Assembly: GCA_019057375.1 (NCBI GenBank)
Contig: DXJF01000011.1
Coordinates: forward strand, 32,001-96,000
Direction: 5' to 3'
Length of the DNA stretch: 64,000 bases
Origin: Candidatus Heimdallarchaeota archaeon
GTDB lineage: Archaea > Asgardarchaeota > Heimdallarchaeia > Heimdallarchaeales > Heimdallarchaeaceae
Position numbers and translations under genes: made by a program. The notes under the pieces are model-generated. The model was given only the letters and a program-made list of their open reading frames with translations, was not told where the DNA came from and did no database searches. Positions 1-10,249 of the stretch are shown here, piece after piece (the stretch's first letter is position 1; every line of letters starts with the position of its first letter).

Positions 1-537
1 TGCAATTAGTGAAATCTTATCTCGATTGCGGTTGGGAATTAAGTCGTTTGTGGTAACTCTGTTAGTTATATCTCTTCGTTTTAAAAATAACGCATTAATT
101 AATTGAAACCGGCTTTTAAAGTAGTTTCGAAAATTTGCAGATGACGCAACAGATCTTTGTATTTCTGGAGAAAAAATGGTTTCCAAATCTGAAGATATCT
201 TTTCTTTTCTTGATTTAGTTTCTACCTTAATTTCTGATTTCACTTCTTCTTCCTTTGTTTCTTTCTTTTCTTGAATTGGTTGTATTTCTTGTTCTAGTTT
301 TTTAGTTTCTTCTTTTTTCGGGAGAGACTGTTCCAAAATTTCCTCCTTTTTAATTATGTCTTCATTGAGAAATTCATCAATGTCTGCAATAGAGAGAATA
401 GCATTGTTTAGGTTTGAATCGAGAATCTTGTCGATAATATTCTCTACTTCTTGCAAACTATTTAGATAATCATAGGCCTCTGGAGTCAGTTGGTAACCTT
501 CAGCATATAATTCTCTAATTCTTCTAGATGGAGTCAT
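1..537 (-). CDS. polB: DNA polymerase D small subunit DP1, N-terminal part (runs off window)
   Basis: Open frame from ATG at 537 to window edge: MTPSRRIRELYAEGYQLTPEAYDYL... acidic linker ...FRNYFKSRFQLINALFLKR, the DP1 pre-OB segment; DP2 lies 6 kb away on the same strand. Confidence 0.75.
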   Translation of the reverse strand, partial: MTPSRRIRELYAEGYQLTPEAYDYLNSLQEVENIIDKILDSNLNNAILSIADIDEFLNEDIIKKEEILEQSLPKKEETKKLEQEIQPIQEKKETKEEEVKSEIKVETKSRKEKISSDLETIFSPEIQRSVASSANFRNYFKSRFQLINALFLKRRDITNRVTTNDLIPNRNRDKISLIA

Positions 538-590
538 GAACAAACACTTTAGATTTAATGAAAACATAAATGTTTTGTAGAGGAAATAGA

Positions 591-667
591 TGGCGACCCC
601 GACGCGATTCGAACGCGCGACCCCCAACTTAGAAGGCTGGTGCTCTATCCAGCTGAGCTACGGGGTC
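591..667 (-). tRNA. tRNA-Arg(TCT), CCA encoded
   Basis: Revcomp GACCCCGTAGCTCAGCTGGATAGAGCACCAGC CT TCT AA GTTGGGGGTCGCGCGTTCGAATCGCGTCGGGGTCG CCA; full cloverleaf. Confidence 0.97.
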
Positions 668-837
668 AACAATATTATCTTTCTTTGAAATTAATGATAT
701 CTTAAATTTTTTGTTGGTTGGTTTCCTTTGTAAAATACTGATGTTGATTTAAATTCTTTTACATTGTTAACGATTTGGAGAAGAAGTATTGGATAAAAAA
801 TAATATATATCTCTATCTTAAATTGCATTTGATTATT

Positions 838-1020
838 ATGAGTAGAAGTTCTCGAGGACAGAAGAAAAAGAGAGACACAAGCCCAATGCCTGCAACTGGT
901 GCAGGTTTAATGAGATATTACGATGAAGATTTACCAGGTGTAAAAATTGGTCCTTGGTATGTTGTTGCTTTCTGTATTATCTTGATCATCGCTGTACTTG
1001 TTGGTAATATCGTCTATTGA
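838..1020 (+). CDS. secG: Preprotein translocase subunit Sec61beta
   Basis: Basic N-terminus, GAGLMRYYDED..GVKIGP motif, one C-terminal TM helix; ATG 838 preferred over the ORF-track start 775. Confidence 0.9.
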   Translation: MSRSSRGQKKKRDTSPMPATGAGLMRYYDEDLPGVKIGPWYVVAFCIILIIAVLVGNIVY

Positions 1021-1047
1021 TTATCTTGGTTTAGTCAGAAAAGGAGT

Positions 1048-1341
1048 GTGAACATCATTCTCTATTTTCAAGAATTAATGAAAAAACTATATTTTGATAA
1101 AGATCTCAAGCGAGGTTTGGAAAAAACTGTTTTGAAACTTGTAGAAGAAGTAGGTGAGCTCGCGGAAGCTATACTACTACAAGATAAGGAAAAAATAACT
1201 GAAGAAATTGTTGATGTTATAGCATGGACTTTGAGTGTAGCAAACATCGCAGGAATAGACGTTGAGGAAGGTTTTATACATAAATATTCCAACTCATGTC
1301 CCAAATGTAAAAATAACCCTTGTAGTTGTGATTCAATATAA
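1048..1341 (+). CDS. MazG-like nucleotide pyrophosphohydrolase
   Basis: LVEEVGELAEA...EEIVDVIAW acidic motif; C-terminal CPKC..PCSC. Confidence 0.85.
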   Translation: MNIILYFQELMKKLYFDKDLKRGLEKTVLKLVEEVGELAEAILLQDKEKITEEIVDVIAWTLSVANIAGIDVEEGFIHKYSNSCPKCKNNPCSCDSI

Positions 1342-1446
1342 CGACTTTTTCACTAAGTTAAACAACAGGACATTGGTGTAATATTCGCATAACATCTGAG
1401 CTAGTCCCAAAATTTTTGTTGTTTTTTTAATATAGAAACAAAGAAA

Positions 1447-1686
1447 ATGTATGAAATGAAGGAGATAGTACTCTACACCACTGAAGATTGTCCATACTGC
1501 AATATTGCAGAGAATATATTAAAGAATGTTCTAAAAGAGTATGGAGGGTTATTCAACTACAAAAGCGTAGAAATAAAGACAGAAAATCGATTTAATGTAT
1601 CTTCAATTCCTACAATAATTGTGGGAAAAACTAAAATTGAGGGATTACCAGAAAGGGAGCAAATTCATACAGCGCTTTTTTCTTGA
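1447..1686 (+). CDS. Glutaredoxin/thioredoxin-like protein
   Basis: CPYC active site, cis-Pro IPTI motif, 79 aa. Confidence 0.85.
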   Translation: MYEMKEIVLYTTEDCPYCNIAENILKNVLKEYGGLFNYKSVEIKTENRFNVSSIPTIIVGKTKIEGLPEREQIHTALFS

Positions 1687-1743
1687 AAACAAATCATATG
1701 CAAATAATTCATATGTATTAGAAAAATAAATTGAAATTTCTAA

Positions 1744-1983
1744 TTATTCGTTGGAAAAATAGAATTCATGTTGAGCTATTTCTCTCACAAAAACACCAGT
1801 CAAACCTTCCAGATTTAAGATTTTTTGAAGAAAGTCATCCCAAGAAAGGGATCCATAAGCCTTAAGCCAAGCTTCATATCCTTTTTTTAGCTCCCTTTTA
1901 GCTTTGGAATGATTCTTGCAATATTGTGTTTGTAAGTTTTCTATGTCTTTTTTACAAATCGGACATTGTTTATTTGCTTTCAT
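1744..1983 (-). CDS. Small Zn-binding hypothetical protein, overlapping the topA stop
   Basis: MKANKQCPIC...YCKNH; ATG 1981-1983 overlaps the topoisomerase stop by 14 bp. Confidence 0.6.
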   Translation of the reverse strand: MKANKQCPICKKDIENLQTQYCKNHSKAKRELKKGYEAWLKAYGSLSWDDFLQKILNLEGLTGVFVREIAQHEFYFSNE

Positions 1984-4066
1984 TTTTCTCACCTTCTTTC
2001 TTAGAAGGACAATCGGGGGATATACACATTGAAACTTTTCTTCTTCCCTTTTGCCATTCAATTATTGGCAGACCATCATGAATACAAGTTTTTTTTGTAG
2101 ATTTAATGGTTCCCGTATTTGGAACTGGATAAGTAACATTACAAATGATGTCTTTATCAAAATAAGATGAACAAGCTACAAAACGTTTTCTTGTTTTCCT
2201 TGATCTAATAATTCTTAATTCTCCCTTTTTGCATTGTTTACACTCACCTAGTACAATTATATCCGATTTTTCAGAAAGTTGAAGATTTTTGTACAAAGCA
2301 AGACCTATTTCTGTTTCTTTTTGATGAAAAAGCTCTAGAAGGTCTTTCAGTTCTCTTTTTATAAATAGAATTGTGCCTTGAATATCTTTATTTTCAGTTT
2401 GAACATCTTCCATAATTTGTTCTAGATTACGTGTCATTTCCGATTTAACTAGTATAGGATATTGTTCTTGTAAAACGTTAACAACAGATATTCCTAGAGG
2501 TGTAGGCATTATTTCCTTACCTCCTATATACCCTCTGTCGAATAAGGTTTGGATTATTCCTGCTCTTGTCGCTTTTGTACCTATTTTTTCATCTTCCATA
2601 TATTTGAGAAGTGTTGATTCATTAAACCGACGTGGAGGAGAGGTAAGGTGTTCTTGTGACTCAATATAATTGAATATAACTTCTGTACCTATTTCAACAT
2701 CTGGAAGAATGTACTCAGAAATTGAGTAATAAGGTCTGTAATATCTAATCCACCCCTCATTTAATATTTTACTACCTCTTACCTCAAATTTGTGTTTGTT
2801 TACAAGTATTTGTATAGCTCTTTTCAGAAATTCCGCTCGTTTACCAAAGAGTGAAAGGTAACGTTTTACAATTAGATCATAGAGTTTTTTCTCATCAGGA
2901 GGAAGCACTTCATTTAGTTCTTTACCTGTTGGGTGTATTGCTGGATGAGCTGCATCTGTTTGTTTCCCTTCCTTTGGTTTATATTTCTTTGCTGCAATTA
3001 TTTCATTTGCAAAAACATTATAGTTGTGTTGTTTACTTAGCTTTGCAAGAATTGATTTATGTCCTAGCGTCATTGGGAGTTTCTGACTATCTGTTCGTGG
3101 ATATGAAATTAGAGCTTTTAAATAGAGTTTTTCTGCAATTTCAAGTGTTTTTGTTGGAGAAAATTTAAAATGTTTATAGGCATCCCTCTGAAGGTTTCCT
3201 AGATTAAATGGAGGAAAGGGATAAAGAAAACTTGGTTCTTCGGACACATTAGATATTTTACCAGTTAGACCGCTACAATCTTTCACTACTTGTATGGCTT
3301 CCTTCTGGGTTTTCAATTCGGCTTTTTCATAAACTGCTGTGAAGTTTTCATTATTTAGTATAACCTCACTTTTAATGGTCCAATAAGGAATAGGTACAAA
3401 GAATTTAATGCTATTTTCGTGTTCAACAACAGAGCCCAAAGTTGGCCCTTGAACACGACCTATTGATATTGTTTTGAAACGTCCAGATACTCTTTTGAAC
3501 GCAAGACTTAACGCTCGTGAATAATTGATCCCATATAACCAGTCAATATAATGTCGTATTAAACCTGAATTCAGAAAACCCATATCCAGGGATTTTTCTC
3601 TTTGGTCAAATGCATTAATAACATCTCTTCTAGTCAAAGTAGAAAATTTCATTCTTTCTGCATTGCTCTTACCTACTAAATATTTTAAAATTAGATAACC
3701 TATTACCTCACCTTCTCTATCAAAATCAGTCATTATTATGACATCTTCTGCTCCTTTTGCAAGAGATTTGAAAACATCAGTGAAATTTTTTGTTTTTGCG
3801 TTTTTGTTTACAAAATGGCTCGGAACCCATTCATAATCAAGAACAGGATAATTCCAAGTCTTTCCTATTGAAGATAATGTAAATAAATGACCTACTGTAG
3901 GTGCAATTACTATGTTTTTTCCATCTCTTTTACATATGTAAATGGGTATATTTTTCAGACGTTTATTTTGTGGTTTATTATTTTCATCTAAAGCATAAGC
4001 TATTCTTCTAGCTGCTTGCGGTTTTTCAGCAATACCTAAAATATATGGCGTTTCTATAGATGACAC
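1970..4066 (-). CDS. topA: DNA topoisomerase type IA
   Basis: TOPRIM IAEKP and TDFDREGE, GRVQGPTL, active-site ISYPRTDS, C-terminal Zn ribbons. Confidence 0.96.
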   Translation of the reverse strand: MSSIETPYILGIAEKPQAARRIAYALDENNKPQNKRLKNIPIYICKRDGKNIVIAPTVGHLFTLSSIGKTWNYPVLDYEWVPSHFVNKNAKTKNFTDVFKSLAKGAEDVIIMTDFDREGEVIGYLILKYLVGKSNAERMKFSTLTRRDVINAFDQREKSLDMGFLNSGLIRHYIDWLYGINYSRALSLAFKRVSGRFKTISIGRVQGPTLGSVVEHENSIKFFVPIPYWTIKSEVILNNENFTAVYEKAELKTQKEAIQVVKDCSGLTGKISNVSEEPSFLYPFPPFNLGNLQRDAYKHFKFSPTKTLEIAEKLYLKALISYPRTDSQKLPMTLGHKSILAKLSKQHNYNVFANEIIAAKKYKPKEGKQTDAAHPAIHPTGKELNEVLPPDEKKLYDLIVKRYLSLFGKRAEFLKRAIQILVNKHKFEVRGSKILNEGWIRYYRPYYSISEYILPDVEIGTEVIFNYIESQEHLTSPPRRFNESTLLKYMEDEKIGTKATRAGIIQTLFDRGYIGGKEIMPTPLGISVVNVLQEQYPILVKSEMTRNLEQIMEDVQTENKDIQGTILFIKRELKDLLELFHQKETEIGLALYKNLQLSEKSDIIVLGECKQCKKGELRIIRSRKTRKRFVACSSYFDKDIICNVTYPVPNTGTIKSTKKTCIHDGLPIIEWQKGRRKVSMCISPDCPSKKEGEKNESK

Positions 4067-4118
4067 TAATTTACACCTGTTTCTGTTAAATCCCTCAGAT
4101 TTAACTTCTTTGAGGAAA

Positions 4119-4204
4119 TGGAGCCAGGACGGGGATTTGAACCCCGGATCCTATAAGGAACTGATTTTCAAGACCAGCGCCGTTGTCCGCTTGGCTATCC
4201 TGGC
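4119..4204 (-). tRNA. tRNA-Ser(TGA), CCA encoded
   Basis: Revcomp GCCAGGATAGCCAAGCGGACAACGGCGCTGGT CT TGA AA ATCAG + long variable arm + GGTTCAAATCC...TGGCT CCA. Confidence 0.96.
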
Positions 4205-4298
4205 AATCAACAAGCAACATGTTAGAGGGTAAAGTGATTAAAAATATATCTAAAGAAGTTATATATTCTACTCAGATACCTATAAAATTCAATATTTT

Positions 4299-4589
4299 TT
4301 AACCTCCATGTGATATAGGTATAATCCTAATTTCCATATCTGATTCAACTGGAGAGTATAATTTTCCTGTGCTTTTTAGTTCAACTTTATTGGATAATAA
4401 GAGATAACCTGGGCGTATATCTGAATCACTTATCAATATATTTACGACTCTTTCATGTTTAGATAGGAGGAAAATTAAGCCATCTAGCAAATTCGTTTCC
4501 GCATCAATCTTACCTTCTATCAATCGTTGATTAGAAGGAATTGATGGATGGAGCAGGATTGTAATTGAGTAATATTTCAGAAAAATCAC
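4299..4589 (-). CDS. Ubiquitin-like beta-grasp protein (Urm1/SAMP/MoaD family)
   Basis: 96 aa, IRPGYLLLSN segment, C-terminus IIPISHGG. Confidence 0.8.
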   Translation of the reverse strand: MIFLKYYSITILLHPSIPSNQRLIEGKIDAETNLLDGLIFLLSKHERVVNILISDSDIRPGYLLLSNKVELKSTGKLYSPVESDMEIRIIPISHGG

Positions 4590-4616
4590 CTAAAATAAGA
4601 TAAAGAGTAGGTACTA

Positions 4617-5561
4617 TTACCCTACTTCAATTTCAAACATACCTAGCAAATCTTCTATATCTTGAGCAATTGCTTCGTCTTCTTCACTTAACTCGGCCCC
4701 TTCCTCTGGTTTAAGAAATTCTATTGCTCTTACAACACCATTTTCACAAATCATTCTTGGAACATGAGAACTTGAGAAAAATATTCCTTCTGGTGGTTCA
4801 TCCAATTCTTCGAATCCGCCTGTATATGTTTCTGTATATACTTTGTTCCCAATTATTACTAAATCTCTGTAGAATCCTTTAGGGGCTCCTAAATCTTTCA
4901 GAACTTTAAATGATTGATCAAGCATTATGTCACTTTTAACTACTGCTTTTTCTTCAGATGCAACACTTGCTGTATCTTTAGGTATCAATGCTTCTTCAGG
5001 TTTCTTAATTTCTATAGATTCAGACTCTAGTGCTGAGAGTATTGTTGGCATAGGTCTATTTCCTGGTGCCCCCATCTTTGCAAGATGTGTTGGTAATTCA
5101 GAAGCAGGCACTTGTGCTGGACGATCTTTTAGTCTTTCATCACCTCCTTCTTCTGAATCTGGAATAGGAGCTGGTGTAGAAGCTGGTATGCTTTCTTGTT
5201 CGGCTCCTTCCTCAAAAACATTAATTCTACTTTGTCTATCAATTATTTTTTGAGCTCTGTTTATAACAGTATCAGGTACAATATCTGTTTTACCAATTTT
5301 TTGCAGCATGGAAACAAATTCTGCAGTTTCATCATTTTGATCGCAAGATTGTGGAACATACGCAAAGCCATATTCCTTTTTCCTTATATCAGATAAAGCC
5401 CTACTTCCAATAAACTTCTTTCTTATTGGACAATTAGAACCTTTCCACAACCACATTTTTTTATCTTCTTCATCCACAACAATGAGGACTTTTTCTGGAC
5501 CTAGTTGTAATTCATTCAATTCAACTAAATTACCATCCTCTTGCACTTCTAAATATCTCAT
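4617..5561 (-). CDS. Asgard gelsolin-domain protein (single gelsolin domain + linker + C-terminal domain)
   Basis: N-terminal VLIVVDEEDKKMWLWKGSNC...FIGSRAL...DQNDETAEF gelsolin fold; Pro/Glu-rich linker; acidic tail. Confidence 0.75.
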   Translation of the reverse strand: MRYLEVQEDGNLVELNELQLGPEKVLIVVDEEDKKMWLWKGSNCPIRKKFIGSRALSDIRKKEYGFAYVPQSCDQNDETAEFVSMLQKIGKTDIVPDTVINRAQKIIDRQSRINVFEEGAEQESIPASTPAPIPDSEEGGDERLKDRPAQVPASELPTHLAKMGAPGNRPMPTILSALESESIEIKKPEEALIPKDTASVASEEKAVVKSDIMLDQSFKVLKDLGAPKGFYRDLVIIGNKVYTETYTGGFEELDEPPEGIFFSSSHVPRMICENGVVRAIEFLKPEEGAELSEEDEAIAQDIEDLLGMFEIEVG

Positions 5562-5731
5562 TGTAGTTTCACACTCAAATTATCTACAAACTACATATGT
5601 AAATTCGTTTAATAAAACTTATCGAAAGCTACCAGTGAATTAAAATCAAAGTTTTTTCATGTAAAGGTTAGAAATTTGAAAAGAAATAAGATTAGGGAAA
5701 GCCAATCAAAACATTGTTTTCATGAGATCTT

Positions 5732-6460
5732 TTAACCTAAAATACTAGCTACTTTGTTATATATGAACTTCAAAAGATCTATGAAAGAATCTATCCATAA
5801 GCTCACTGTATTTAATATAGGTACACCTTGTCTTTCAATAATAATAGCAAAAAATATTGTACCAAAGAATCCAATGGGTTTTCCTAAAACATCATGTGCC
5901 CAGAACCACGCCGCATTGTATGTAGCCCCATATGAAACATCAATGGTTATTGTCATGGCTATTACAAGAGCAATTCTCAGAAAGTTTCCTACAATTAGAG
6001 CTAAAAGAGAATATATTGAAGCTTTAATCTTTTTACTTGCTTCTGCTGGTGTAACTATTATTAGAGCCATCAATAACGCTCCAGCTTGCATTCCAGTACA
6101 GGCTCTCACAATAGCAAATTGACGACTAGCTGATATTGATTTTATTACAGGGGTATTTCCACCATGACCATCCAAGTTACTTAGAAAATTTGAAATAATT
6201 ATGAAGAGAGAATTTCCATATTCTATTTCATTGTATAAGGGGGCAACTTCTATATTGAATTGGTATAACTCTAACATTCCAAAAACGGTTTCATTTGTGA
6301 TTTTTTCTAGAAAATAGTAATCAGGAACCAGATAAAGTACTAAAGTTAAAACCACTACAACTAAGAATGATAACAAGGAGTAGATATGTTTCTTCCTTCC
6401 TTCTAATTCAGTTAAATTTCTCAATTGAAGAAAAGATTTTTGCTCCACCGCATTTGCCAT
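5732..6460 (-). CDS. Archaeosortase/exosortase family membrane protease
   Basis: Multi-TM; catalytic-triad motifs ACTG (Cys), NFLR (Arg), AHD (His). Confidence 0.8.
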   Translation of the reverse strand: MANAVEQKSFLQLRNLTELEGRKKHIYSLLSFLVVVVLTLVLYLVPDYYFLEKITNETVFGMLELYQFNIEVAPLYNEIEYGNSLFIIISNFLSNLDGHGGNTPVIKSISASRQFAIVRACTGMQAGALLMALIIVTPAEASKKIKASIYSLLALIVGNFLRIALVIAMTITIDVSYGATYNAAWFWAHDVLGKPIGFFGTIFFAIIIERQGVPILNTVSLWIDSFIDLLKFIYNKVASILG

Positions 6461-6543
6461 TACTCTTCATCCTCAAAACATTTCAGATAGTTAAAAACTA
6501 TTCGTTTGTTAAAAAAAACAATTATCTTAAATAATTTATCTAA

Positions 6544-9500
6544 TCATTTTTTGTTCTCAACTTCTGGTTTGATGAAGTAATCAGAAAGTGTCACAGTTCC
6601 ATCAATTTTCTTTGATGTACCCTTCTTTGTTGTTGAAGAGGGGTCTTCAACAAATAGTGATTCAACATTATGCTTGATTACATCTAATCTGTTTCTTAGA
6701 TATTCAGAAAGGCCATATTTGTTAATTAATGATTCAGTCATATCAAAATATTTTGTAATAGATTTTTCAAATACAGTAAGATTCAGATTTGGTTGTTTGC
6801 AGTTTGGACATGTTTCAGATAGAGGTATTCTTCTATACGTCCTATTACATTTGGTACATCGAAATTTTTGTGACCCAAATCTTCTCAAATTTCCAATAAG
6901 ATCAGGGATAAAGTGGTTTACAATAATTCTTGTAGCTACATCAGTAACATCAACAGCTCGAATTAGTTCTGCCACTTTTAGTTGAGCATTCACTTTGTCT
7001 ACCATTGTTGTAAGATTTTTGTAAGCTGTTGAACTAGGGCCATCAAATATGTGTGAAGTTTCATGTGAGTAGTGAAAACCCTCATATGCTGTCTCGTTAT
7101 CTAATCTATTCTGAATTAAGTCAATTAATGGTAATACTAATTTTGGAGAAGAGCCTTTTAAACTAGCTTCGTAGAAGGAAAGAGGATACCTCAAACATGT
7201 ATCAACATTATGGGATTCATCATCAACTTCATGGGGATTGAGATTGGCAACCAAGATTAAAGGAGCGTCCATTTTACCTCCTCTAATCTCGGGAAGGTAA
7301 AATTTAGAGAAGTTGAGAAAAGCGTCAAGAGCTAAAAGGATAGAATCTTCATCACCATCCGCATTGCGTCGCTTCGCTGCATGCCAATATGGATGTGCGA
7401 AATTCACTTTTGCTTTAGTAAATCCAACTATTCTGCCTACAATACCTGCAGAGGTATGGGGTGCAAGTCCAATTATTATTTTTCCAATTATATCTGTCCG
7501 ATTTGTTGCTTTATAAAATCTAGGAAGACCATAAACTTTCTCAAGTAATTCATCGATATAGTTTGCAACTCCTAGAAGATGTTTTCCCCCATCATCGTTT
7601 ATTATAACATCCTGTATTTTTAGTTCAACGGTTTGATCTACTTTTTCCAAAGGCTTACCTTTAACATCTACTGAATAGCCTAATTCATGTAATTTTTGAA
7701 CTGTTACTCCCACTTCTTTAGGTTTAAAGTGTGTTAAGATTGCGTCTGTTGAATCAAACCTTATAGTACCATCTCTGTAGACAAAAATGTTGTGTTTGGC
7801 TCTAAGAATTCCTTTTTCTATTAATTCAGGTATTTTATCCTTATTCATAAGCTTCTTTACAGCTTTAACATTTTTAGGAAAAGGAGCTCCAATTATTTTT
7901 TTAGCTTCCTTTACACGATCACTTATTGGATAAGAAGTTCTCGAGTAATTAACTGCTTTTCTACCGCATTTTGGGCAGGTTTCATCTTTCAAGTTAATTC
8001 CACAAAGTGCACATTTTTTATCAAATTCAGCTTCAACATTACATGAAGAACAGATTGATTTATTGATTAATTCACCACATTGAGGGCATTTTCGTCGAGC
8101 AAGATCAATAGATATTTTGTTATTTTCTGCAGCTTTGTAAAGATCACGAAGTCTTCCTCCTTTTTCTTCGATAGGAAAGAGAAGATGTACTGGTGGTTTC
8201 ATTCTTCTGTCTTTAGCTTTTTCAGGACGTCCCATTCTCGCCCCTGTATACACTGAGCATTTCTCTCTTATTTCGAAGCTACTTACAGAATTAATTGCTG
8301 CTAAGACTTTTTCCTTTGAATTAGTGAGTTTTTCAAGTTTTCCGTTATTTATCCCGAGTGAAATTAAAAGAGGAGAACCGTGCAAACCAAATTTTATATT
8401 GTTATCTACAACGTTATGAGGTATGAATATTTTTTCTAAAATTTCTTTAATTTTCTCATCATAAGTTATAACTAGGTTTTGTTCTTCTTCAGAACTATTA
8501 TCTGCCACATACTTGCGCAATAAAACATATTCATCTATAGAAATGTTTGACCAATGATAGGTATACTCAGGATGAAGGGGGATGTTAAATATCTTTGAAA
8601 TAGCTAAAGTTTCTTCTGACGTTGGAATTTTAAAAAAGGGATCTTTTATAAAACTTCGAACTTTCTTAGCTAAACTTTGAGACAGAATTTCTTTGTCTTT
8701 CAAAGAAACTCCCCTGTATTTTGACTCTAACTCTTGAATCCACCACTCCTCGCAATAACCAGAAGGTACCAAATCATGACTATTTTGGTTAAATTCCCCT
8801 ACACCATATAGCATATCTCCTAAAAACAATATTTCATGAATTTGATTTGCTAGAGACTTGGCCTCTTTGTAACTATTAACTTTTATAACATCACCGTTTT
8901 TCAGTTTAACAATTGGAGGGTGAATAGAATCTACAGGCATAACAATTGCACCTTTACCAGGACGTTCAGTTCGTACATGGGTTCCACAAGCTAGAAAATC
9001 ATCTGTTAATCCCATTAAAGCTGGATGAATTCCCATTCCAGCAAGTCCTGTGGTTCTAGATCTTCCATATCTAATCCTAAAGCCGCCAATTTCAGAGGGA
9101 TGTGCAAAAACAGGACGACCTGCAATTACATCCTTGATATAACCTTCATCAGAATGAATTTCTAGTTCCTCTTCATTTTCAGAATCATCTTTAACGTCAT
9201 ATTCATCTGAAACATCTTCGTCTATATGAGTTCCAGTACCTTCATGAATTTTTATTAATTCTTGAAACCATTCCCAGCCATCCAATTTACTCTCTAAAAT
9301 CCTTCTTTGAAGTTTCTTTGAACGACCAACTAATCCATCATTAAAGACTAAACAAGCACCCCCCCGTAAACGATTTGTTTCAATTCTTTTCAAATCACGA
9401 TTTCCAGTAACTTCGATCTTATCTGTTGGTTCTCCTGTAATTTCAATTGGTAAGTTTTGAGCAGCAAACCTTTGTTCCTCTTTTGTTGTTGGAAGTTGTA

Positions 9501-10107
9501 AATGACTCACTCGATTATATAATTCGAGCTCCTCAATATAGCGTTCCACTTCCCTTTGATTTGGTCTATATCTTGAGATTCCTAATGTTTTCCTTACATA
9601 ATCAGCTAATAGAACACTCATTCCTGCAGCAGTTCCTCCTGCTGAACGAATTGGACCCGCATAATACACAGCCAAATATTCTGAACCATCATCATTTTGT
9701 TTAATCTTTACTTTAGCTATTCCCTCTATTGGAGCAGCTGTTATACTCTCGGTTATAACTGCTAAAGAGCTTCTTATAGCCAGTTCAGCTAATTCCTCTT
9801 TTGTCCCTTGAACCAATTTTCCTAGACATATATCTTCAGCAATCTTAAAAGCTACATGCTCCCTAGACATGTTCTTTCTTTCATACTCGCGAATCTTTTT
9901 CCCAACACCGTCAGGACCTATAAGTCCTTCAACTCTATCAGCAATATCTTTAGCAATAGGAATCTCTACCTCGGGAACTGGATCCAAACCTTTTTTTCTC
10001 GCTTTTGATGCAACAGAGTATATTTTTTTGAGCTGCTTATTTAAATCATCAAAATATGCTTGAATGCTGATAGATAGATGGTTATTTTGACTGATTTTAT
10101 TCACCAT
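6544..10107 (-). CDS. polC: DNA polymerase D large subunit DP2
   Basis: YAGPIRSAGGTA, GRSRTTG, HAAKRRNADGDED catalytic motif, Zn fingers; no intein-sized insertion. Confidence 0.97.
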   Translation of the reverse strand: MVNKISQNNHLSISIQAYFDDLNKQLKKIYSVASKARKKGLDPVPEVEIPIAKDIADRVEGLIGPDGVGKKIREYERKNMSREHVAFKIAEDICLGKLVQGTKEELAELAIRSSLAVITESITAAPIEGIAKVKIKQNDDGSEYLAVYYAGPIRSAGGTAAGMSVLLADYVRKTLGISRYRPNQREVERYIEELELYNRVSHLQLPTTKEEQRFAAQNLPIEITGEPTDKIEVTGNRDLKRIETNRLRGGACLVFNDGLVGRSKKLQRRILESKLDGWEWFQELIKIHEGTGTHIDEDVSDEYDVKDDSENEEELEIHSDEGYIKDVIAGRPVFAHPSEIGGFRIRYGRSRTTGLAGMGIHPALMGLTDDFLACGTHVRTERPGKGAIVMPVDSIHPPIVKLKNGDVIKVNSYKEAKSLANQIHEILFLGDMLYGVGEFNQNSHDLVPSGYCEEWWIQELESKYRGVSLKDKEILSQSLAKKVRSFIKDPFFKIPTSEETLAISKIFNIPLHPEYTYHWSNISIDEYVLLRKYVADNSSEEEQNLVITYDEKIKEILEKIFIPHNVVDNNIKFGLHGSPLLISLGINNGKLEKLTNSKEKVLAAINSVSSFEIREKCSVYTGARMGRPEKAKDRRMKPPVHLLFPIEEKGGRLRDLYKAAENNKISIDLARRKCPQCGELINKSICSSCNVEAEFDKKCALCGINLKDETCPKCGRKAVNYSRTSYPISDRVKEAKKIIGAPFPKNVKAVKKLMNKDKIPELIEKGILRAKHNIFVYRDGTIRFDSTDAILTHFKPKEVGVTVQKLHELGYSVDVKGKPLEKVDQTVELKIQDVIINDDGGKHLLGVANYIDELLEKVYGLPRFYKATNRTDIIGKIIIGLAPHTSAGIVGRIVGFTKAKVNFAHPYWHAAKRRNADGDEDSILLALDAFLNFSKFYLPEIRGGKMDAPLILVANLNPHEVDDESHNVDTCLRYPLSFYEASLKGSSPKLVLPLIDLIQNRLDNETAYEGFHYSHETSHIFDGPSSTAYKNLTTMVDKVNAQLKVAELIRAVDVTDVATRIIVNHFIPDLIGNLRRFGSQKFRCTKCNRTYRRIPLSETCPNCKQPNLNLTVFEKSITKYFDMTESLINKYGLSEYLRNRLDVIKHNVESLFVEDPSSTTKKGTSKKIDGTVTLSDYFIKPEVENKK

Positions 10108-10249
10108 TTCTGTTATGTTTGCGATTTAATTATTCAAATAAATTAAGCTAAGGGGTTCTCGGAGATATTATTAATTACACTTGTTTAAACGTTTCCTTTT
10201 CTGTAAACAAAGTGATAAAGCTTAATTAATATGAGGAGTTTGTTTATTT

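Noticed and set aside
6544-10107. Intein in DP2
   Set aside because: Length and continuous motifs fit an intein-free DP2
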